A stretch of 49,606 nt of DNA from Rhizaria sp. SCN 62-66 (taxonomy: Eukaryota). Under the pieces are notes generated by a model that saw only the letters and a list, made by a program, of their open reading frames with translations, was not told the DNA's origin and searched no databases. Location: the NCBI GenBank assembly GCA_001724265.1, contig MEDY01000215.1, forward strand, positions 1 to 49,606, written 5' to 3'. The position numbers and the translations under genes were made by a program. Positions 19,501 to 31,300 of the stretch are shown one piece after another (position 1 is the stretch's first letter; each line of letters opens with the position of its first letter).

Positions 19501-22086
19501 TTGGGGTCGTAGACGTTGTTCTCGCGGCACACGCGCTCGATCTCCTTGGCGGCATTGGGGCCGATCTTGATCGCAGCCTCGATGTACTTGAACACCACAG
19601 ACGGGTTCGAGGTGAAGTTGACGAACGAGCCGAGGAAGAAGTACAGGCCGTTGAAGGACTTGAACTCCTCAAAGAGCGCGACGAGCTTCTCAGCGCCGTA
19701 GTGCTCAGTCCACTTCTTGGCAACCTCGACGACGAGACGGATGTTCTGCTGCAGGTTCTGCTTGAGCATGTCACGCAAGCACTCGAGGCCGAGCTCGGGG
19801 GAGAGCTTGCCGAAGTAGTCGAGCAGGAACTCGGGCTTCATCGTGTGCGCGTACGTGAGCACGCGCTTGATGTCCGTCTGGTCAGAGTAGTGCTCGAGCG
19901 CGCGCTGGAAGAGCTGAGCACGCTCGCACAGCTGCGCGATCTTGATCTTGTCGTAGTGCGTCATCTTGTAGTCCTCAGACTCGAGGATGGCGTCGGCGAT
20001 GGCGGGCATGTGGAGCAGGTTCGACTCGAGCACCTTGGTCTGGAGCGCGGCGTCCTCGGCGCGGTCGCCGCGGGAGCGGAGGTACTCGAGGATGATGTTG
20101 GTCGAGTTCTGCACGTCGTTGAGACGGATGAAGACGTCGGTGACCTGGTTGATGTCCATCTTGGGGCCGTCCTCGGCAGTCACGAGCAGCGTCGCGAGGT
20201 CCTTGCCGCGCTTCTGGTTGAGGCGCACGAGCATCTGCAGCAGCGACGCGTAGTCGGGGGTAAAGTCGACCTTCTTGGCGTACTTAAGGATGTTGGCAAA
20301 GTGCTCCTTGGCCTTGGCATCGTCGGCCTCCGCAGCGCCGAGCTGGACGAAGCAGGCGGCGACCTTGTCCTTGCACTCGGCGCGGAGGAAGACCGACAGC
20401 GCGAGCTGGGGGTTGTTGTGGCGCATCAGCTCCATGCCGAGCTCCTCACTCGCCTCGAGCTTGTTCTGCTTGAGCCAGTTCTGGATGTGCTCCACACCGG
20501 CGGGGCCCTTGGCGAGCAGCGGGCGGGCCAGCTCCACGGCCTCGACGGCGTTGAGCTTGCCGTTGGGCTTGTTGAGGATGAGCTGGAAGTAGGCGAGCAG
20601 GTTGGTGCCGCCCATCTGCTTAAGCAGCGCGATCGTCTCGCCGTTGCGCAGCACGCCCTTGGGGGAGCCCGCGGCGAGCTCCATAGCCTCCTGCGTGCGG
20701 TTCTGCTGCATCAGCGAAGCGAACTGCGTCTTGAACAGGTGGTCGGCGCCGTCGAGGTTGTAGCGGCGCGCGAGCTGGACGCCGAGGTCGAGGTCACGCA
20801 TCGTGTTGCAGATGTACGGCACGGCGTTGGCCTTGTCGAGAGCGAAGTGGACGACGCGGCCCTTGAGATCGATGGCGACGCAACCGTCCTCGGAGTGGGG
20901 CGCCACGGCGAACAGAGTCACCTGCGACGCGCGGCTCGCGAAAATGGGCTTGCCGGACTGGATCTCGTAGGCAAAGACGAAGCCCTGCTGCGACATGACG
21001 TAGAGGATGCCGTACTTGGGGTCAGCAACCATGTTCATGGGGAAGTCGGCGGCGTCGGCGAAGCGCATGGGGGCCTGCTTGGAGAAGGCAGTCTCCTTGG
21101 GGACGCCAAGCTCGAGCATCTGGAGGGTGTAGGTGCCCGTGGCGGGGTCCTTGCGGCAGAAGGCGAAGATGTTGGACTTAGCCTCCTTGTTGTCGAGCTG
21201 GGTGTGCGCGAAAGTCGCGGCGGGGGCGTTGAGCGTGGGCTGCGAGGCGCGCGCATCGACGGAGTAGACCTGGAGAACACCGTTGAAGTTCTTGTTGGCG
21301 TCGACCGAGAGGCCAGAGAGCATGAGCCACTTGCCATCGGGGGTGGCAAAGTAGTTAATGACCTGGACGGGCGAGTCGTGCGGGGTGCGGTCGAACATCT
21401 TGACGGGCTCACCGGCGCCCTCGAGGGACCAGTGGAAGACGGAGTCGGTGGTGACAATGGCGACAGTCTTAGGGTCGATCCACTTCCAGTACACGATGGT
21501 ACCGGCGATGGTGGCCTGGGACATCTTGGCCTTCATCTCGAGCGAGTACATGGTGAGGTGGCCACCAGCGCGGAGAGCAACGACCTTGGACACGGGGTTC
21601 ATGATCGCCGAGTCAGCAGCGATAGGAAGGCGCGTGGGAGACGACTTGGACTTGAGGTCCACAATGGCGATCGTCTTCTGCGCCTCCTCACGCACGCAAA
21701 CGTAGTTCTCGGCGGAGATCGTCACATTCGCGAACTTGATCAGAGAGGCATCGATGTTCTTGTCCGAGAGCTGCACGAGGCGGGTTTGAGTGGAGCGAGC
21801 GAGGGCGGAGAGATTAAAAGGACAATGAAACGAAGCGAAAGCAGAGATGTGAGCAAGATACCAGGCATAAAAGAAGAAAATACATCGAATGAAGAGTGTA
21901 AATTAAAAGCCCACACCCAGAAACTCAGCGCTGGGAGCGCACACAAGAGGCTGGCGGATTTGGGGCGACGTAAACAGGAAAGTGCAAAGGCTGAACGAAA
22001 GACAGGATTTCGACGCGGATTCTTTACGACAAACGTACTTTGGCAAGCTCGGTCAGAGCGATCGACTGCGGGCCAGGCTGAGACAT
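16590..22086 (-). CDS. CHC1: Clathrin heavy chain (exons 22086-22039, 21770-16590; 1742 aa)
   Basis: Exon 1 MSQPGPQSIALTELAK, intron GTACGT...TGCAG, then LSDKNIDASLIKFANVT...ADSAIMNPVSKVVALRA. CHCR repeats, LLEFRRIAALLY, DIVLELAWRHNLTNFAMPYMIQ, and a Gly/Met/Pro-rich tail. TAA stop. Confidence 0.98.
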
Positions 22087-23137
22087 TTGAGTTAGCGTAT
22101 ACTAGCTCAGTCTATGCGACAAATTGGCAACATCTCGCTCCCGCTCGACTAGGCCCCATCTCTGGCGTTGGGCCCTAGCCCCCCCCAACTTAATTTAAGC
22201 CGCATTGTCTCCGGGCTCAGTCAGTTGGCCTCAGTCCGCCCAGTCCAACGCCTCTCTGGCCCTCACTCTGCAATCGATATCTGTGGGGAGATTTTGCGTG
22301 TTCGATTTGAATTTGATTGTCAGGATTGCCATATGCTGTTCATGTATTTCCATCAATTTAATTATTCATTTGCGCTTGTCAAGTGCACTTAGTGCCGGTT
22401 TCAGTACCATAGACTGTTTGAATGTTTGCTACTTTTCCGAGGATTACATGCGCATGATCGGGAATATGCACTCTTTAGGGGTTTATTTTGCTTTTGTTGC
22501 GGTTCGTTCTACGGGGTAATATGAATAAATTGTTGACATCTACTATTCTTGCACGTCAGAAGCGTGCCTGAGTGCGCTGGAATACGATGGGAATTGCGAA
22601 GATCGGGAGAATAATTAAAGATACCAGAGCATCAAGTAGGGCTTAAAGAATAAATTGATTGTTCTTATTGTATACAGTGTTTGTTAAGTCTTGGATCTTG
22701 CCGTGGCAAGTGTGTTATCTAACGTAAATGTGATCATCGACCTCCGTGAAGGTCGCATGTTTAGATCTGTTTTTAGCACACCACCGAGTAACCAACGCTG
22801 CTCTATCGCTCGCCACAACGCCGCTCTCTGCTCCAGTCCCAGTACCATGCATATTCTCTGTGCGTTTGATGAACTCTGACAGCACAGAGACGCGCGCGAG
22901 GCGTATCTGGGTGAGTTTCACCATCTGACTAGTGCTATCAACAACAGAGCTCTCTGTTTGAGGGACGCAGAGACACCGAACGAGGACGTGAGAAAGCAAG
23001 CGCAGACCCCCGCGCATACTGAGTGCAAAACTCACGCGACGCGCGGCGGCAGCGCCGCCCGATGCACCCGGAAAGCAGGGGAGAGAAGCAGGGACAGAAT
23101 TGGCAGTTTGTAGTGCAGCTCGGTGTTGACGGTGCGT

Positions 23138-23589
23138 TTAGGCCTTGGGGAGGCCGAGCTCGGCGCGGAGCTGGGCAACAAAGTCCTGGTCCGCGTCGTC
23201 GTCGTCCCAGTTGGTCGCCCAGAGCGCCTCAGTGGGCGTGTCGTCCTTGGCGTCCCAGTCTAAGCAAGAGAGCATAAAACGGTCAACAGTGAGGGAGGAG
23301 CTAGAGGCGAGCAGCGAAATGACATTGCAGAAAGAAGGGATAAAGACAACGCAAAATGTAAGGGGTAAGATACGTACTCTCAACAGGGAACTCCTCGAAC
23401 TCGTCCTCGCAGTCGACATCCTCGACCTGGGGAACGGGGGAATAAAGGGGAAAGAGGGGTGGTCAGCATCATCTCAAAAGGTTCGGGAGACAGGAAAAGT
23501 AGACAGTGTCAGGAGGCATCAAGGTTGAGTAAAACGCGTACCTTATTCGCCTTGGCGTTAATGTTATCGATATCCTTCATATCAGACAT
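23138..23589 (-). CDS. SEM1: 26S proteasome subunit SEM1/DSS1 (exons 23589-23542, 23426-23378, 23259-23138; 72 aa)
   Basis: Spliced protein MSDMKDIDNINAKANK-VEDVDCEDEFEEFPVE-NWDAKDDTPTEALWATNWDDDDADQDFVAQLRAEL has the DSS1 motifs DEFEEFP.E.W and W..NWDDD...DF..QLR.EL. Two GT-AG introns keep the frame. TAA stop. Confidence 0.95.
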
Positions 23590-23923
23590 AGTGATTATGC
23601 ACTTGACGGATTTGACAAAGAGATCTAGCTTTTCCACGAGTCGCGACCTTGGACCCAACCGCCACCCACACACACAACCACAAATCGAAACCGAGCATGT
23701 CCAACAAGATTTTCTCAGGCATATGCAGCGAAGATCTTAGGTAAATCGAGCAAAACTAATGTTTCCATAATCAAATTCTTGTTTATTAACATAAGTAACT
23801 CAATAAATCAAACATACTACTTAATAACAGAGCGCATATGCGTTATGCCCACTCGACGCAGCCACTGGGGTCGTCCTTGAGCTTGTTCATTCGTTCAGTT
23901 GCTCCCTGCTCCCTGCTCACTGC

Positions 23924-26900
23924 TCACTGGAGCGTGAGACAGTCGAGCCCGTCAGGGAAATACGCATCACCGAACGTCAGCGCGGCGAACGACACCACAA
24001 GCGCGGCATACCCCGCGGCGACGGGCCCGGACACCGGCAGCGAGTACACCGCGTAGTCGACCACCGCGCACAGCGGACCGATGAGCAGCGACCCGGCGGC
24101 GACGGCGGCGGGCGACGCCACAAACGTCGCCAGCGCCACCAGCGCGTTGTGCAGCACGTCCGCGGCGCACGCGAGCAGCAGCAGCGGGAGCTCCCTGCGG
24201 CCGGGCAGCTGGAACGTCTCCAGCCCGGTGGCGTGCAGGAGCCCCATCACTGGCCACAGCATCAGCGCCGTGCACAGCCCCAGCGCGCCCAGGAACAGCA
24301 GCGCCTCGGCCGCCTCCTGCGCGGGCACCTCGAGCGCCGCCGCGGGCAGCCGCCAGACCAGAGTCGCCGCCGCGCGCGCGCGCCGCCGCGCCGGGGAGAG
24401 ACCGAGCTCAGCGTCGCAGGACGCGCCCGATTCCTCCGCCACATGCTCGTCATCGTCGTCGTCATCGCCGTTGTTGTGGCTGAGGCCGGAGTTGCCGGCG
24501 GAGGCGGCGGCGCCCGCCAGAGCCGCGGGGGGACGCACGCGCACCATCGACGGGGCGCCCACGCGCGCGCCAGTCGCCGGCGACGCATTCGGCCGCGCAC
24601 TCGCACTCACAGTGCTCGGGCGCGCACTGGCGGCCTGGTAGTCGAGGTCGAGGGCGGCGTTGTCGGAGCTGTCGTCGTCGACGTCGACGATGGGGCCACG
24701 GCGCATCGCCTCTGCGCGGTTGCGCGGCACGGGCTGGCGCGCGCTCCTGTGGTTTCCCCCGCTGTGCGCATGCCCATGCTCATCATGACCGTGACCGTGA
24801 CCGTGAGTGGGCCCGTGGTTGCGGCGGACGAGGGGCAGCGCGTCGTAATCCGCGCGCTCGTTGAGGTCCGCGTTCGTGCCCAGAGTCTGGTCCACCGAAA
24901 GCTGTAACAGCGCAAAGAACGCCGCCGCCAGCGCAGCCAGCGCGGCGCCCCACAGCGCCACGCGGTGCGTGAACGCGCGCGGCTCGGTGAAAGCGCCGAT
25001 GAACCGGCGCGCGAGCGTCCACGGCGCGTCGGGCGCGCCGGCGACGACGGTGACGACGCCGACTGCGGCGGCGGCGACGGCAACGAGCGCCCACCGCGAC
25101 GGCGCGCGGCCCAGCAGCAGCGCCGCGAACACCGCGCCCCACGCCGGCTCCGACAGCACGACGGACGCGTTGACCGTGAGCGTGGTGGTGGCGAGCGATG
25201 AGAACCAGAGCCAGGAGCACAGCGCCGAGAGCGGCGACAGCAGCGCGGCTGTGCGGACGATGTGTGCGGCGCGGCGCAGGAGACCGGGGGTCGGGTTGCC
25301 GCGCGCCCACGATAGCCACACAAGCGCGAGCGGCGCGGCGGCCGCGGCGGAGAGGTAGCCGACAAAAAAGGGCTGGTCGTACTGCTTCGCCACAAGCAGC
25401 TTCTGCACCGAGAACATCTGCCCTGCCCACGCCGCGACGAACAGCAGCACGGCACCCGCGGCGACGAGCTCCGCGCGTCCGCAGAGTGGCGCACGGAGAG
25501 CAGGCGCGCGGCGGCGGCGCACGCCCACCGCGGCCGCCGTCAGCAGCAGCGCGTCGCCGTCTTCGTCTTCGCTGTCGACATACTCGTCGCCACCGTCATT
25601 CTGGTGGCCACCGAAGCGGCGCGTAGCACTCTCGCGGTGCGCGCGCCGGTTGCTGCGGCCCTTGCGGCCTGTGTTGCTACCGCGGTCGCCGCCGTTGCCA
25701 CCGGCGCCGCCATGGGACTCGAAGGGGTCCAACAGCTGGTACGGCTGCTCCCCGCCACCGCTCAGCCGCGGCGCACCCGCAGCCCCCGCAGCCGCCGCAG
25801 ACGCAGCAGCCGCAGACGCAGTAACGGGCGGTCCGGCGCCCGCAGCGGCAGCGGCGGCGGCGATCGCAGCCTCGATGTCGGCCGGCAGCGCCGCCGCAGC
25901 GGACCGCGATGATGATGCTGATGATGCTGATGCTGTCGCAGCAGAGGCGGGCACGACAGTGAGCGCGACAGCGGCGGGGCGCGTCAGAGTCGACGCGCGC
26001 AGAGCGGCAAGCGCGGCGGCGGCGAGCGCGGCGGGCGTCGCCGCGGGGGGCGCGCAGTAGACCGGCGCATCGCCCAGCAGCGCCGCCGCCAGCGCCAGCG
26101 ACGGCGCACCCGCAGTCGACACGGACAGCTCCGACGCTGAGAGCGCTGAGGAAGCCGACGCTGACGCTACGCCAGTGGCGGTGGCGGTGGCGGCTCCGTC
26201 TGCATGCGTGCCCTCGACGGGGGCCACCGCGGCAGCGGCTGCTCCGGTTGCGACCGCGAGCGAGGGCGTCAGCGTGACCGAGTGATCCGCGTCGCTGCTG
26301 CTGCTGCAGTTGAGAGCGGCGAGAGCGGCGTCGACAGCTGCGAGCGCGGCGGCGGGCGCGCCGGGCTGCCAGCCGAGCACGGGCACCGCGCGCGCGGGCG
26401 AGAGCTGCGCGGTGAACGCCGACAGCGCGGCCGCGTCCGCCGCGGACAGCGCCGCCGCGGCCTCGGGGCCAGCCACGGTCGCGCTGCCGAGCACGACCAC
26501 CAGCGGCACTCCAGTGAACCCGGCGTTCCCAGTGTTTCCAGTCCGGCTTGCGCCGGTGTGCGCAGATGCGGCTGGCACGAGGGGCACGGCCGACGATGAC
26601 GCAGCAGCAGCAGCAGCAGCAGCAGTGGCATAGGCAGAGGCAGAGGCCGTCGTCGCAGTGCCGGCAGCGGTGGTGGCCGCAGCTGCAGTGGCAGCGGCGG
26701 AGTGCGGAAGCGAGGCGGAGAGCGCGCCGCAAACGAACGGCGCGAGACGCTGCCGCAGCACGGCCAGCTGCGGGGCCAGCGGGCGCCGCACGTCCAACAG
26801 CAACAACATCACGGCCGCCGCAGCATTACCAGCCGCTGCATTAGGAGCAGCAGCAGCAGCAGCAGCGCAGGAAGAGCTCTGCGTGAGATGTGCGGCGGCG

Positions 26901-27964
26901 GCCAGGGCCTCGGCCTCGGCAGCAGAGGCCGTGCGGCGCGGGGCACGCGCGGGTGCGAGTGCGGGGGACAGCGGCGCTGGCGTTAACAGCGCGGCGGGCG
27001 ATGATGAGGACACAGTGGCGGACCCAGTGGCGGGCACAGTCGCGGGCACAGTCGCGGTCAGCGGCGCGGCGGGCGCGAGCAGCTGCACGGTAACGCCGGC
27101 ACGCGGGCATAACACGAGCGCAATAGGCGCGCGCGTGCGCACCGTGGCCTCGGGCGCCGCGGCGGCGGCGAAGTCAGCCGCGAAGGCCACGGAGTGCTCG
27201 GAGTTGGCGGGCGCAGAAGCGAGGAACGACGTGCCCGCTGCTGTTGTCGCGCTACTCCCCGTGGCAGAGTCGGCGGAAAAACACAGGACGGACTTGGTGC
27301 CCGCGGCGAAGCTCAGCGGGGCGAGCGAGGGTGCGCTAGCGGCGACGGCGGAGAGGTACGACAACGGGTCTGCGAGCGAGAGCAGTGCGGCAGCGACGCG
27401 GCGGATGGCGACGCGGCACTGTGTGTCCAGCGTCTGGGCCGGGCCCTGCAAACGCATGATCTCCTGCACCGCGGCCGAGATAGACACGTCGACGGAGTCG
27501 CGCACAGCGCTGATGCGCGCGCGGGCGGCCGCGTAGCTGGACGCGTCGTAGAGCAGTGCGACGAGGTCGCGCTCGTAGGCAGTCATTGCGTCCTCTGAGG
27601 CGAAGGTAGACAGAACAGACTCCAAGGCGCGCGAGACAGCAACAAGCGCCTTGCTCAAGTTCGCAGCACGCCTCGCCTGGGCTTCCTCAACGCGTTCTGT
27701 GCGAGCCGAAGCGCTAGTTTCGTCTGCCTTCGGATAAGCATGCTGCAAGGCGAGCAGCACCAAATCTACGAATAATAACGGCGACAATGAGGCGAAAAAC
27801 GGGGTGTTGTGGTTAAACATGGGTTGTGACGTCAGTGTTGTTAACATCACCATAACGAATTTTCAACTATCGTTTATTTAAGAGCACGTACCTTCGGCAG
27901 AGGGAATGATGGAGCTTGGTTCACGCAGAACCAGGCCAGCTGGTTTGGCATCGACAGTACTCAT
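23924..27964 (-). CDS. Fusion protein: degenerate NOG1/GTPBP4-like N-terminal half plus SLC35F-like (DMT/EamA) transporter C-terminal half (exons 27964-27892, 27765-23924; about 1304 aa)
   Basis: N-terminal segments align by eye with NOG1 (IIPSAEDLVLLAL; YERDLVALLYDASSY; AEAEALAAAAHL). The C-terminal half has about 10 hydrophobic segments with QYDQPFFVGYLS, LWFSSLATTTLTVNASVVLSEPAW and LHATGLETFQLP, typical of SLC35F-type transporters. Intron GTACGT...TAG. TGA stop. Confidence 0.75.
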
Positions 27965-28107
27965 GTCAACCGAAGTGGCAGAGTCCGTGATTCTAATACA
28001 GAAATATCAGCTACTTCTACTATTAAGTTCTACCTGTGCTTCTCGCAATGGCGGAGTTAATGCAGAGTAATTGATGTTCACCTGAAGATCAACTAAGCTC
28101 TTCGTCA

Positions 28108-28149
28108 TCACTGCTGCCTCCGTCAGTCACTGCTGCCTCTGTCAGTCAC
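28108..28149 (+). repeat. Short tandem duplication, 19-bp unit x2.2 (tcactgctgcctcYgtcag)
   Basis: tcactgctgcctccgtcag / tcactgctgcctctgtcag / tcac, read directly in the spacer upstream of the NOG1-like/SLC35F gene. Confidence 0.7.
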
Positions 28150-28399
28150 GAACACCACCTCATCGTCATTTCGTATCACAGCGCGGCAATATCTCATCAT
28201 GTGGCAATAAAACATCGATATAACATGCATTTTCTACGTTTAGACTACATAATCAAGCGAAATTGTATTTGGGTAATAATATACGCATACATGCTCTCAG
28301 ACGAGTTACTCACAAGTTGTAGTTAAGGTTAAGGTGTTCAGGTTAAGGTGTTCATAAATAAGCAAGATTTAGTTAGTTAATTCTGCGAGAGCGCAAGAT

Positions 28400-31300
28400 T
28401 TACTTGTGCTTGCCCTTGCCAAAACCGAAGAAGCGGCCGACAGTTTTAGCTGCGCTGGTAATGTGACCCTTAACATTGTCAACCTTTTCTTCAAACCAGT
28501 CGCGCAGCAGTGCGCCCGACGCGCGGCCGAATAGACGAGCAATGCGCTGCGCACGCGCCTGCGAGAGCATCTGCCAGTCCGAGCCAGTCATAACCCTGCC
28601 GAAGACCTCGGAGTAAATGACTTCGACGTCGATGGGCGCCAGCTCGACGGGGATCGCACGCGCAACCTCCCAGAACTGGTCTGCGACGTCCTTATCGTCC
28701 CACGAAGGGTCGTTCACGCGCGCGGCCGCCGTGACGCCGCGGATCATCATGCGCATCTCGTCGTTGCGCAGCGGCGTCCTGAGGAACGCAGGTGCAACCT
28801 CAACAGCAGTGGCGAACTCGTGCTCAATCAGCTCCACCACGTCGGGCAGCTCGGACATGTCCGGCGGTGGCGGCGTGGCCACCAGGAACTGCTCCAGTCC
28901 GCTGTGCACAAACAGCGAGGGCCGCATCGGCGCCTGCAGCACGCGCTCGGCCACCATCGCCAGCGTCAGACTGCCGCGCGCGCCGCGCCCCGGCGCGCGC
29001 ACAGTCACGCGTCGCACCGTCAGCGCCGTCGCCGGCACGGCCGCAGCAGACGAGGACGCAGTCGCGCTCGCAGTCCCAGCCCCAGTCCCACTCGCACTCG
29101 CGCTCGCGGCAGCCGCAGACGCTGCGTTGCGTGACGCGGCGCGCGGGCCGTAGACCGCAGCCAAAATGCCATTCGGACGAATCGGAGCGGGTCCCTCAGG
29201 AGCCACGGGAGTCGCACAGCTGGCAGCATCATCGGCAGCGGCGGACGCAGTGTCAGGGCTCGCCTCCTTCGCCGCTTGGTGCTCCTTGGCCACGGCGCTG
29301 TGGACGGCGCTGGCGAGCTTCTCTGCCACCTTCCCAACCACAGCCTCGTGCCGGCGACGCGCGTAACCGCGGATAGCCTCCACCTTGCTGGCCGGCAGCG
29401 CGCGCGAGTGCACGAGCGCGCCGACGTCGTCCATAGCCGTGGGCACGCCCGTGGTGTCGCTGAGAAAGCGGTCCACGCTGCGCGCCGCGGCCGCCAGCGC
29501 GCCGTGTGCCATGCGTTCCATCACAGCGCACGCAGCGGCGTCGAGCGGCGCGTCAGCCACCACGCCCGTGCCGTGAACCAGTGCCGTGCCGCGCGGCGAG
29601 CGCAGCGCGGGCACGCCCAGCGCCAGGTCCCACTGGCACGGCGACGGCGGCTCGGGATCCAGCGTGCGCTCCCGCAGTCCGTACGCGCCGTAGCCGGGCG
29701 CGGCGCGCGCGCAGCCCTGCCAGCCGTCCGTCTCCTCGGGCCACAAGTGGCCCTGCATGTAGGCGGCCTGCACGCGCGCAACAGGTGCCTGGCAGCAGGG
29801 CCGCTGGAAGCCGCTGGCGTCCTCAACGACCTCGCACGCGCCGCAGGTCGGTACGCGCGAGGCAAAGGGGCCGTACGTCTGAGCGAAAAGCCGCGTGACG
29901 TTGCGCCACGGCGCCGCGTTGGCCGGGTCGGCGTTGAATGTCGCAAAGATCGACGGCTTCTCCAGCCAGACTGCGCGGCCCGAGCGCGAGGCCGTGTACT
30001 CAGCCAGCGCGGCCTCTGTCTCGGCCTCACTGGGCGGAGTGCGGTCCGCCACGTCGATGCCGCCGTCAGACTCGTCGCCGCTGTCCTCGCGCTCGCGCTC
30101 GCGTGCGCGCTCGCGCTCGAGCTCCTGCTCGAGCGCGCGGCGCTCCTGCTGCCGCTGAAGCTCGCGCTCAGCCTCGGTCGGCGCCGCGGGCCGCGTGCGG
30201 TGCCCGCGCACTGCGACTTCGGCGGACGACGCGGGCCGCCGCGTCGACGCCGGCAGCGGCTCAAGCCCGCTCTTGGTCACCGGCGACGACGACGACGACG
30301 ACGAAGACTGAGGTGACGATGAAGTTGCAGCCGGAGCAGACACGCTGTCAGGCTCGGTGCCGGTGCTGAGGCGCGAGGGCGCGGTAGCGGCGGCGCCTAC
30401 TGCGGCCTCGAGACGGCCGTAGAGCCGGATGTCGCGGCGGCGCTGGTCGTTCCAGCGAGCGAATTCAAGCCGCGCCTGCACAGCGGCCTCGTCCCAGGCC
30501 GCGAGCGCAACACGTGACAGCGGCGCCGCAGGGTCAGTCACGTCGACGCCGTCGAGTGCGCGGCGCGCAGCCGGGTAGCCGTCGGTGAGGTAGAGCATGT
30601 CGGCCTCGGTCAGTGCGGGCACCACGTCGTACGCCATCTCGATCATCGACAACAGACGCGCGTCGGTGAACAGGTACACTGCATAACAAGATAACATAGA
30701 ATCCAAGACATACCACCGAATAATGTTAGAATGTTAGAAACACACGCTACCAATCTATTTTAAAAAAAAAAATCAAAAAAAATCGCGATTGCAATTATGA
30801 CAAGACACAGAGATGAAATAATCACTCTATTCGTACCTGTGCGGACGGCGACCTCAGAGTCGTCGGCGGTGTCGCGGAGAACCTGCTGACCGTCGCGGCC
30901 GGGGACACGGATCTCGGCCTGCGTCTCAACTGTGCGCCGCAGCGCGTGCGCAACGCAGAGCGCCTGCTCGAAGCCCTCAGTGAGCACGCTCGACGGCCGC
31001 GGCGGCGACGGCGAATCGGGTGACACGCACGTTGCGCGGTGCAGCTCGTTCAGCAGCGTGCTCTCGGACACATCGAACGCTACATACACAAACAAAAACA
31101 AAAACACAATTGAAGACAATAAGAAGCAAATAAAAATCAAAAGTGAGACGAGCCTCAAACTTATCGGAAACATTAAATGATACGTGTTTTGTCAATAAAA
31201 GCTGAAACTGTGTGAGACACGACAAACGTACCCTTGCGATAGGCTGCGTTGATGCGCGAGACGACTGGCGCGCGGCCGCCCAGTACGAGCTGTGGCGCCT

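Noticed and set aside
17271-22178. 1635-aa plus-strand ORF antisense to clathrin
   Set aside because: Shadow ORF. Clathrin's strong codon bias avoids TTA/CTA/TCA, leaving the antisense frame stop-free. The translation (V/L/E/D/G-rich) has no protein-like motifs and crosses the intron.
4849-23589. Functional clustering of proteasome (RPN13, SEM1) and trafficking (VPS51, clathrin) genes
   Set aside because: The genes are non-adjacent, on different strands and belong to large functional classes, so chance co-location is sufficient.
28326-28353. 14-bp tandem duplication aggttaaggtgttc x2, superficially telomere-like
   Set aside because: Only two copies in a 3' flank and not a regular TTAGGG-type array.
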